From Bdellovibrionota bacterium (GTDB taxonomy: Bacteria > Bdellovibrionota_C > UBA2361 > JBGSMV01), in the NCBI GenBank assembly GCA_044356455.1, contig JBIKWF010000096.1, positions 1-17,717 on the forward strand: a stretch of 17,717 nt of DNA, written 5' to 3'. Made by a program: the position numbers and the translations under genes. The notes beneath the pieces were generated by a model. The model searched no databases. It had not been told where the DNA came from and worked only from the letters and a program-made list of their open reading frames with translations. Position 1 is the stretch's first letter, and the number at the start of each line of letters is the position of its first letter. Shown one piece after another: positions 8,398 through 17,000 of this stretch.

Positions 8398-9180
8398 CTA
8401 CGCGACTCTATCGGCCAGTGAGGCGAGAGCTTCGCTGCGTGAATCTACTAACGTGAGAGGAATGCCGCGCTGCCCCGCCGCGTAAAGAAGTGTGCCTCTC
8501 GTATTTGCCGAGCCACCATAGAAGATAAGTTTCTGCAGCGGAAATGCGCGTGCGTCCTGGGCGGCGAGGGCGGTCTCAATTGCATTTCCGTTGGCAAGAA
8601 CTGCCGGCTCCGCGCGAGGGCCAAGCATTCTGCCTAAAGCAGATAGCGCTCGTTCTGTCATCGATGACGGAGGAGGGTATGCCTCAGGCGCATACGCAGC
8701 GGCTGGTGTCTCCAGATTTACTAGCACGGAGCAGCCGGCATTCATGAGTTCCCAAATGGCGTAGCGCAGATCAGGTCCAAAGGCGCCGCTTTTTAGAGCT
8801 TCAAGTGTCGGCGCGAGCTCGGCGCATGTTCCAGTGTCAGCAGAACCCGACACGAGAAGTACGGGATTCTTTGCTCCTGCAGGTCGCACACTCTCCCAAA
8901 CTACTCCAGAGTGCCGAACTACTCCTAAGCTGTTGTGGGGCGCTGAAGGTGTGCACTGAATTTTGCTGTCCTTGATTAGTTCGAGTCCAAGATCCGCCGC
9001 AGCTGCTCCTGAATTGGATGTAACGAGAAGTTGGCGTACAGAAGAAGTTGAAAGTCCATCGTAAGACTTGGGAGAAGATCCCGTTCTTTTCCAAGGAGGC
9101 AACAAAGTGGATCCCTGCGCGCTACCCGAATCTCCATTCGGTCCGCTGATTCCGCTGCCTTGATGACGCGTTACCTGCAT
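8398..9180 (-). CDS. Hypothetical protein, possibly a degenerate STAS (anti-sigma antagonist-like) domain behind a Ser/Gly-rich N-terminus
   Basis: 260-aa ORF. The segments VLLVSGSADTGTCAELAPTL, SVLVNLE, MTERALSAL, KLIFYG and LTLVDSRSEALASL occur in the order expected for a STAS domain, but with insertions. Confidence 0.6.
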   Translation of the reverse strand: MQVTRHQGSGISGPNGDSGSAQGSTLLPPWKRTGSSPKSYDGLSTSSVRQLLVTSNSGAAAADLGLELIKDSKIQCTPSAPHNSLGVVRHSGVVWESVRPAGAKNPVLLVSGSADTGTCAELAPTLEALKSGAFGPDLRYAIWELMNAGCSVLVNLETPAAAYAPEAYPPPSSMTERALSALGRMLGPRAEPAVLANGNAIETALAAQDARAFPLQKLIFYGGSANTRGTLLYAAGQRGIPLTLVDSRSEALASLADRVA

Positions 9181-9243
9181 AAAATCATTTGCTCAATGTT
9201 AGGTTTTGATAAGGCAATGTATCGCACAGCAGCGACCATGTGC

Positions 9244-9273
9244 GAAAACTTTTTTACATGAAAAAAATTTTTC
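9244..9273. promoter_or_regulatory. AT-rich imperfect dyad centred on CATG in the divergent intergenic region (candidate UP element or regulator site)
   Basis: gaaaacttttttacatgaaaaaaatttttc. A -35-like TTGAAT follows at 9276-9281, but there is no convincing -10 at canonical spacing. Confidence 0.35.
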
Positions 9274-9350
9274 TCTTGAATTCCGAATACGACAGGTCTA
9301 GATAGTGCGGCGTGGGGTGATGGACTCGCGTTCCTAGTAACGAGCGTTTC

Positions 9351-9386
9351 AGTAAACGAAACAGTCGTAGTAAACGAAACAGTCGC
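9351..9386 (+). repeat. 18-bp tandem duplication AGTAAACGAAACAGTCG(T/C)
   Basis: Copies at 9351-9368 and 9369-9386, 17 of 18 positions identical. Confidence 0.9.
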
Positions 9387-9722
9387 AGTCGTTCGAGGCG
9401 AAGGTCGTTTTAAATTGGCGTACTCAAGAATTGCAACGTAGTGAGTTGCGACGCGCGGTCTTCAAACGTTCTTTGCGCAATTACATTGGATCATAGGTGC
9501 GCGGCTTTACGTGCTGCTGAGGCTTGAAGTGGTGAGCTCTCAGAGAAGATCTGTCCGCAGCTCTGCGGAGGGGGGCTTTTGGCCTTCTTCCTGCTGAGGA
9601 GCGGAGGATTTTCTCATCAGTATCGTTTGCCGAGCATCTAGAAGCTTTTCACGGGGTAATAAGGCCTCACGGGGAAGTTGTATCCAGCGCAAAGAGGATC
9701 CCGCATTTTGATGGGGTAGCGC

Positions 9723-12700
9723 ATGCGACAAAGGTGGATTCCCACCCGTAGCACTTCGTTCAGTAGTATCCTCTTCAGGAGTGCTGTTTTAGCAGTTTTT
9801 TTATTACTTTGCGGATTGACCCAGCCAGAGTGCTCTAAGGCGGATCTGCCGCCCCTTGCAACTTACGATAAGTTTGAACCCTACCACCGCGGCGGCCCGC
9901 TTGAGCATTCATTCTACGATGACATAAATCTTTTCGAGCGCAGTCTCTTCGGCGTGAGCTATGCCGTAGGTCCGGTTGAGCTTCAGTATGACGAGTCCTA
10001 CGCAGAATCCAGCTCTTCCTATGCATCTAATGTCGCCGGGAATTTTACCTTCAAAGCCTACAGCTTTGTGAATGGACTGCAGCTTGGACTCCCGGTAGTC
10101 GATGGCTCAAGTGTCCGTGACGGAACTTTTCGATACTCCCTCGGTAACCCGCAGCAAGCGGAAGCTGGATGGGACTATTCGTTTCGGACTCTCACCGAGA
10201 GTGGCCGCTACGTTCTTGTCGAGTTTACAGGAGGACAGCGGGTCCTCGATGATACGCTTCTCAGTATTCGCTATGACCTGACTGCGAGTGCGTCTTACCC
10301 TTGGGTTCTGCTCCCGACGCGAGCTCATTTCCCCGATGGAGAAGAAGCAGTTATCGAGTGGAACGCGGCCGATTCAACGGCTTCTCGAGCTATCCCGACG
10401 CGCATGACTCTTTCCAAGAACGGTTTGGAAATTGAAAGAGTGGAATTCGATTGGACAACGACCGCTCCGTATCGCCTAAACCGAGTTCGTAGCTTAGTAG
10501 GGGGAGCAAGCCAGTATTGGCGTTGGGTGAGTCTTGAGTACGGGACTACCGCACTTCAGCCGCTCGTAAAGCTTGTAAGGGTTACTCTTGGGGGAACTTC
10601 CTCGGCGCCGTTTGCTGCAGGGATTGTGCGCTCAGGGCTTGTGTTCGCGTATCAGGTGGCGGGCACCAAGGACATCATCTCTGGAATTTCAAACTTTCAG
10701 GGAAAAACTCTGAAGACGTTTCTTTTTTCTTCGGGCCAAGCGGTCCCGACAGGGCCGATTAGGACATTGTACACGGGACTTCGTCTCGGCACTTCAGGAC
10801 AGCAAGCAACAACTTTTGGATATACCCCATCAATTAATCTTCAAGACCGACTCGTATCGATTACAAGGCCCCAGGTTCCGAATGATGCGTTGACGGTAAG
10901 ACTTCATGGGACGCGCGGCTCCTCTGTGGAGGAACGTAGGGCTTCATGTCCTGCGCCGCTTAGGTTGGTAGAGTTTCTTCAGGCCGGGCCTCTTGCCGGA
11001 CTTGTTAACCGTGAAACGCTGAGGCCAAGTTGCTCAACCCCGCTCATTATTGACTATCGCTACGGCACGACGGGCTCGATTGAAGAAGTGGTGATGTCGG
11101 GACGTGACTCTTCGGGTGCTCTTGTCAGCCGAACTACGACTATGCGCTCAGAGAAGCGCACGGATCCCAACGGACTGCGCAGACTTTTGCTCACTGAGAA
11201 GACTGATGCTCTTGGGAATACGACGCGCTGGTCATATGACTCAAATGCGCGTATCCGCAGCGAAGAGTATGTTCCGGACGGAATACAATCGGATATTGCC
11301 TATACCTACTGGGATAGTGGCCAGAGGCATGTGCGTTCCGCGCGTTTTCTTGACGCTAACGGCCGCGAAGATACCGTGGAATATGACCAGCGTGGCTTTC
11401 TTATCCGCGAGACCGCTGCGAAAGGCACGAGTCTAGAGGCGTCCAGTACCTGGGCCTATGACTCGGCATTTCGGCCTGAGGTCTATACCGATGTGCGCGG
11501 CAAGACCACACGCTTTTCTTACCTCCCTGACGGCCGTTTGCAATCGGGGGTAACGAGTGCTCCGAGCGGCCTCTCTAGAGTTTCCACTACGATCCAATAT
11601 CACGCGGATTTCCCCCAGGAAGTCACGAGAGAAGAGAACCGTGTGCGTGAATCTGGCGGAGAGGTTACGAGCTGGATGGAGTGGAACTATGTGCCGAACC
11701 TCCCGTTGGTATACCAGACGCGGATGGGGGGAGACGGGGTTGCTCAGCCAATTACCCTTCTTGAGGCGCAGTACGACCCCGCCACTCTGCGACTACAGCG
11801 CATGTGTCAATACAAGTCGCCGTCATCAAATGAAGGATGTGATTCATTCTCCTACTACCCTTCAGGATCGGGACTTAAAACTGGCCTCCTGCAGAAGATT
11901 GATGTGGCGGGAGGATCCGCAGCAGGCGGTCTTCGCAAGACGTTTCTCTATGACACCTTCTCAGATTATTTAGGAACGACGTGGGATGATGGTGTTGAAG
12001 TTAAAACCCTGACTGAAGAGCTTGATGATTTTGGCCAGGTAGCCCGGGTATTTGTGAATCCTGGAGAGGGCATAAACGAGGAGCGCCTAACCTACTCGTT
12101 TGACCGCAATAATAAACTCACCCGTCAGCAGCGCTATTTTGGAGGTGTGCTTATTAGCGATGTTCAGGCGGGGTACGATGATAACGGACGAAGTTATAGG
12201 CCAACCTTTGTCACTGAGTCGGTATCTGGTAGCCAGAGTATCTTTTATTACAACGATTCTCTAAAGCGCCTTACTGGACAAGAAACGTTTACGAGCGGCG
12301 GACTGCGAGCCACGGCGCTTTCCATTGATGCAGGGAATCTTGATGTACTCGATAGACCCTGGTTTATCGAGAAATTCCTTGATGGCCGGGGACAGAGCGC
12401 TCTTGCTTATACCTATGACAGAAAGGGAGACGTAAGAACTGTTAGGGACGAACTCGGAAATTTAATGGAATTTGAGTACGATTCGTTCGGGCGCAGCATT
12501 AGCGGCCAAACGGAGCTTGTTTCTTCCGCTCAGTCGTATGCCGTAATTGGAAGTTCAGTACTCAACACTCTTGTCACCTCCAACCGTGTTTCGAATCCAG
12601 CCTTAGAGCAGACTCAAGAGACGGTGAGCGCAGTAGACGCACTCGGGCGAATTGTGCGTGTCGAAGACGTCAACAATGGCACCCGGGTCGAGAACTCCTT

Positions 12701-14009
12701 TAATGCCCGAGGATTTACTACCTCACAAGTTTATACCTTAGCCGATGCTTCGACTCGTTCCTTTAATTACGGATTCGATGCACTGGGAAGGATGGTGTCT
12801 GCTTCACTTAATGGTGGGAACTTGTTAGGGCGCACCTTCTCGGGACTTGGACGACTACTCGCGACGAGAGATGCACGTCAGAACCAGACTTCTTTTCAAT
12901 ATGACAGGCTAGGGAGAACTTCACACATCACTTATCCCGATGGCTCTCAAAGTAGGCTCATTTCAGCCACCAATTTCTATCCCCCTCAGCCGAACGGGGC
13001 TGTCTTTCGCGCGAACTACGTGGACCGTGGAGGAGCTACGGTAACTACGGAGGTGAATTCCTTGGGCAAGATTGTGCGTATGCAATCCACCGGAGGGAGC
13101 TTGGAGAACGCTTCTACCGACTTTGTTTATTCGGGCCATCGTTTATCCTCACTGTCGCAAACCTCTCCGCGAGGAAGTTCCGCACTTACCGTCGGGTATG
13201 ATGGTGCGGGCCGGGCTACTTCGGAGAGAACGCAAGTGTGGTCTAGTTTGCAGAACCTTGATTTCACGCTCTCTAGGGAGTTTGATCAGTTAGGACGTGT
13301 CGTGGGGCATCTCTACCCCGATGGCATGTGGTCCTATGCCTATTACGAGCGCGATAGTTTGGGTCGTATCATCCGAATTTGGTTCAATGGTTCACCAGTC
13401 GCGGAATACAACTACGACGGACCGGTGCTTACTGGGGTAGCCCTTGGAGACGTTGCAAGAACGTTTACCTACGATGCGGATCATGGACAGGTCTCAGAGG
13501 TACTTGACCGAGTTGGCGCCTCAACGCTCACGCAGTTGCGCCTCGAGTATGATTCAAAGGGTAGGATTAGCTCACGAACGGATCGCGGAGTCCGGCGAGG
13601 GAACCTGCCGCAGCTCTCAGAGTCCCTGGCGTACTCGAATGATGACTACCTTTCAGTCTATTCATTTTCATCGCCGCTGTTTGGCACAGGTAGTCGCTCC
13701 TACATGCCCCAGCCCGATGCAATTCTTGGGGCGGTGAGTCCTTCTGTCGACTCTATGTTCCAGCTTCCTGCTCGGTTTACCTATGACAATTATGGAAATC
13801 CGAGAACAGAGTCTAGCTACGGACGTTCCTTTCAGTGGACTCGAAGTGGCTTAAGGCGCCTCTCTGCGCCTGAGGTGACTGCAGATTTCGTGCAGGATGC
13901 CCTGCGCAGAACAGTTTGGATCAGTAAAACGCTTCCTCTCTTTACTCGCGATATTTTTCAAGTTCGTGAAGAGGGCATGGTTCTTGTCCAAGAGGAGGTA
14001 AACCGGTGA
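9723..14009 (+). CDS. RHS/YD-repeat shell protein with predicted Sec signal peptide, lacking the Rhs-associated core and toxin tip
   Basis: 1428 aa. N-terminal ILFRSAVLAVFLLLCGL...SKA|D. Many YD repeats (TDALGNTTRWSYDSNAR, YDQRGFL, YTYDRKGD...DELGNLMEFEYDSFGR, FDALGRM, YDRLGRTSHITYPDG, FDQLGRV). It ends QDALRRTVWISKT...VLVQEEVNR* with no terminal PxxxxDPxGL. No PAAR or VgrG-type N-terminus was recognised. Confidence 0.92.
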   Translation: MRQRWIPTRSTSFSSILFRSAVLAVFLLLCGLTQPECSKADLPPLATYDKFEPYHRGGPLEHSFYDDINLFERSLFGVSYAVGPVELQYDESYAESSSSYASNVAGNFTFKAYSFVNGLQLGLPVVDGSSVRDGTFRYSLGNPQQAEAGWDYSFRTLTESGRYVLVEFTGGQRVLDDTLLSIRYDLTASASYPWVLLPTRAHFPDGEEAVIEWNAADSTASRAIPTRMTLSKNGLEIERVEFDWTTTAPYRLNRVRSLVGGASQYWRWVSLEYGTTALQPLVKLVRVTLGGTSSAPFAAGIVRSGLVFAYQVAGTKDIISGISNFQGKTLKTFLFSSGQAVPTGPIRTLYTGLRLGTSGQQATTFGYTPSINLQDRLVSITRPQVPNDALTVRLHGTRGSSVEERRASCPAPLRLVEFLQAGPLAGLVNRETLRPSCSTPLIIDYRYGTTGSIEEVVMSGRDSSGALVSRTTTMRSEKRTDPNGLRRLLLTEKTDALGNTTRWSYDSNARIRSEEYVPDGIQSDIAYTYWDSGQRHVRSARFLDANGREDTVEYDQRGFLIRETAAKGTSLEASSTWAYDSAFRPEVYTDVRGKTTRFSYLPDGRLQSGVTSAPSGLSRVSTTIQYHADFPQEVTREENRVRESGGEVTSWMEWNYVPNLPLVYQTRMGGDGVAQPITLLEAQYDPATLRLQRMCQYKSPSSNEGCDSFSYYPSGSGLKTGLLQKIDVAGGSAAGGLRKTFLYDTFSDYLGTTWDDGVEVKTLTEELDDFGQVARVFVNPGEGINEERLTYSFDRNNKLTRQQRYFGGVLISDVQAGYDDNGRSYRPTFVTESVSGSQSIFYYNDSLKRLTGQETFTSGGLRATALSIDAGNLDVLDRPWFIEKFLDGRGQSALAYTYDRKGDVRTVRDELGNLMEFEYDSFGRSISGQTELVSSAQSYAVIGSSVLNTLVTSNRVSNPALEQTQETVSAVDALGRIVRVEDVNNGTRVENSFNARGFTTSQVYTLADASTRSFNYGFDALGRMVSASLNGGNLLGRTFSGLGRLLATRDARQNQTSFQYDRLGRTSHITYPDGSQSRLISATNFYPPQPNGAVFRANYVDRGGATVTTEVNSLGKIVRMQSTGGSLENASTDFVYSGHRLSSLSQTSPRGSSALTVGYDGAGRATSERTQVWSSLQNLDFTLSREFDQLGRVVGHLYPDGMWSYAYYERDSLGRIIRIWFNGSPVAEYNYDGPVLTGVALGDVARTFTYDADHGQVSEVLDRVGASTLTQLRLEYDSKGRISSRTDRGVRRGNLPQLSESLAYSNDDYLSVYSFSSPLFGTGSRSYMPQPDAILGAVSPSVDSMFQLPARFTYDNYGNPRTESSYGRSFQWTRSGLRRLSAPEVTADFVQDALRRTVWISKTLPLFTRDIFQVREEGMVLVQEEVNR
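13993..13998 (+). promoter_or_regulatory. Consensus Shine-Dalgarno for the 14006 GTG start
   Basis: AGGAGG lies 7 nt upstream of the GTG, which overlaps the upstream TGA (GTGA, 14006-14009). Confidence 0.85.
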
Positions 14010-17000
14010 GCATTTCAATACTTTCACAAAAAGTTACTTCAGCAGTTCGCCTGTTGCTCGCTGCGGGCGCAGCTTCTTGCCTTGGCCTCTCCCTGTGCTT
14101 AGAGGTGACGCCGGCCTCAGGCCAATCTCCCGGGCCTGTTCACCAGTATGATTATGCCACGGTAGTGCCAGAGGTTCCCGACGAGGAGCCACCTCAGTCT
14201 AAGCAAGTGAGAACGGTCTACAACCCGGATACGGGAACTCCCATCGTAAGTTTTGTAAACTATGGTGGGGCTCAGTACTCGTTCTATCACCTCACTGATG
14301 CAACCAGTAATACCACCCTGGTTCTGCGAGACCCTGCGCGTAATCTTACCATTCCTCTGCACTATCCTGATGTGTACCCCTCGATCCCTGAGGTCTCAGG
14401 AGTCTATGCTGCCTTCTCGCCAATTCTTCCGACTCTAGGAACGGGAGCTTTAAGTTGTGATAGGGCCCTTCAGAGTTGTGTCGCTGACCGTCGAGTAGTT
14501 GATGCGCGACGATTGGGGCAGGGAGGCACCCTTCGGTTTCTTTCACCCGATCCACTAGGGCGCGCCGACAGCGCGAATCCCTACCAGTACACCACTGAGC
14601 GTGGAGTGTATCCCGTTACCTTTGCCGATCCTCAGGGCCTTTCCGTAACAGACGAAGCGCTCAACGCTCGTGCTGAAATGAACGCTATGCGCGCAGCAGA
14701 GCGTGCGCAGCGCGAGGCTGCGTATGCGCAGAGCGCGGCGGGACAACGAGCAGCTCAGCAGGCCGAAAGGCAGCGACAATCTGAGCAGCAAACGTCTGCT
14801 CAGGTGATGCAGAAGCAGTTTGCTGACAACTCCTACGGTTGGAACGTAGTGAGCTTCACCTTCTATGAGATGTTCCCTTATTTCTCGGCATTTTCTGAGA
14901 GTGGGCGCACGTATCAGATCACCGCCCCCGTAGTGCGAGGCGAAACAGACATCATGGGAGCGATGGATCAGTTCGCTACGGCAGCGACCATTGATGCCAT
15001 CACGATGCCGATTGGTGCTGGTTCAACAAAAGCGATTGCGGGAGCAGTTGAGCGCCAGATTCTGAAAGAGGGCGTGGGTATGGCCGAAGTCCGCCTCGCA
15101 CGGTCCATCGAGAGGGCGGTGGTACGCGGCGAGTTTGACAACGGCATTCCAAGCACCGTGCGTAATATTGTGGGCGACGAAGCAACCTTTCAAGGGCGAG
15201 CAAACTGGCGTCAAGCTGCTGACGGATCGATTGTATCCAACGAAAAACTTTCAGAGGTCATGCGCAAGAATGACGGCGTCATGATGAATCGCAATAAGGT
15301 CACCAGCGAGCTTGGTGACATGTCTCGCGCTGATATGGCGCAGGCAGTTCGCAAGAACCCGCAAGATTTAATGTATGCGTCACGCGATCCTAATGTTGCG
15401 ATTGACTATACCGGCAAGTATCAGGTGCCTGATCTTGGAATTGCGCCCTACAAGCCAGGACATGGGCCACTTCCCGGCCTCGAGAAAATTAATGGGGGAT
15501 ACGGAGAAGTTGCGATCGGCCTTCCTACGCGGCATGGCCGCATAAATGTGCCGGATCAGATCTCGGCGGAGAGCGAGGTATTTAGCAGGGGAAATAGACT
15601 TTTTGGCTCCTGGGATGCGGGCTTTACCAAGACTTCGGATGGGGTCACGCGGTGGTCTCGTAACTTCCGAATAAACGAAGCCAACCCTGCTTTTAATAAG
15701 GCGCTGCAGTCTGAAGTGAGCTCACTCGGTAGAGCAGCGGGAGTATGGTTTCCCACCTTGGGCGGACTCGCCTCTACTCAAGCACACAACTTGCTCAACA
15801 ATCCTAATGTAAGTGACCTCTACAAAAACGGAGCAGGATCCGGCGGCGGCGGCACTGGCGGAAGTGGTGGGACTGGTGGCACGGGTGGAACTGGAGGTAC
15901 CGGCGGAACAGGCGGCAGCGGCGGAGCTGGAGGTTCGGGCGGATCAGGCGGCAGTGGTGGCATGGGCGGAAACGGCGGCACCGGAGGAGACGGCGGATCT
16001 GGTGGTATGGGTGGCAGCGGCGGATCAGGAGGCTCAGGTGGGAGCGGTGGGTCTGGCGGGTCCGGTGGTAATGGCGGAACTGGTGGAACCGGCGGAAATG
16101 GCGGCTCGGGTGGTATGGGCGGATCCGGCGGTAGCGGCGGGTCTGGTGGCAGTGGTGGATCTGGAGGCAGTGGTGGATCTGGAGGGATGGGTGGAAATGG
16201 AGGCTCTGGAGGAAACGGCGGGTCTGGCGGCTCAGGTGGAAGTGGTGGCTCTGGCGGATCCGGTGGCATGGGTGGCTCCGGAGGTAACGGAGGATCTGGC
16301 GGCTCGGGCGGTGAAGGCGGCATGGGCGGCGACGGTGGCATGGGTGGTGCCGGCGGATTTGGTGGCATTGGTGGAATTGGCGGAGACGGCGGTTCCGGCG
16401 GAAATGGTGGCAACGGCGGCATGGGAGGTTACGGCGGCGTAGGTGGCCAAGGAGGAAACGGCGGAAACGGAGGAACTGGCGGCACAGGCGGCACCGGTGG
16501 GACCGGCGGTATGGGCGGCATGGGAGGCATGGGCGGTGCCGGAGGTATGGGAGGAATGGGCGGCACTGGAGGCAGTGGCGGATCAGGCGGCGCCGGAGGA
16601 ATGGGCGGCGCAGGTGGAATGGGTGGCATGGGAGGAATGGGCGGTGCCGGAGGAATGGGCGGCACGGGCGGATCTGGCGGAGACGGCGGAAGCGGCGGCG
16701 CCGGAGGTATGGGCGGCATGGGAGGTATGGGAGGTGCTGGCGGCATGGGTGGCATGGGTGGCATGGGCGGCACTGGAGGTACTGGCGGTGAAGGGGGCCA
16801 GGGTGGTGAAGGTGGTCAAGGAGGCGAAGGCGGCCAAGGTGGAGAAGGCGGCCAAGGTGGGCAGGGTGGCCAAGGCGGCATGTCGCAATGTCAGGGCTTG
16901 CCTCCTGAGCAGCGCGCAAAGTGTGAATGGTGCACGCAGCATGGGTATCAGTATGGCTCGTATGAATGCGACTTTTGGTACTGGTGGTGCCATCTCTTTA

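Noticed and set aside
9314..9722. tmRNA- or tRNA-like gene starting GGGGTGATGGACTCG
   Set aside because: The 5' resemblance is weak, and there is no T-arm or acceptor-stem 3' end (GTTCRANTCC...CCA).
9540..9731. 63-aa minus-strand ORF upstream of the Rhs gene
   Set aside because: It overlaps the Rhs start head-to-head, has no motif and no clear RBS.
13970..14009. Programmed -1 frameshift (G GTA AAC at 13997-14003) or pseudogenising frameshift fusing the two Rhs ORFs
   Set aside because: It is a poor bacterial slippery site, the SD is positioned for initiation at GTG 14006, and fusion would insert a hydrophobic signal-like peptide into the beta-shell. It cannot be fully excluded without reads or proteomics.
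15830..16882. Collagen-like triple helix or mycobacterial PE_PGRS gene
   Set aside because: The tract has two Gly per triplet and no Pro, unlike bacterial collagens. There is no PE domain, and the context is an Rhs core.
16922..16993. c-type heme-binding motif
   Set aside because: The sequence is CEWCTQH and WWCH, not CxxCH.
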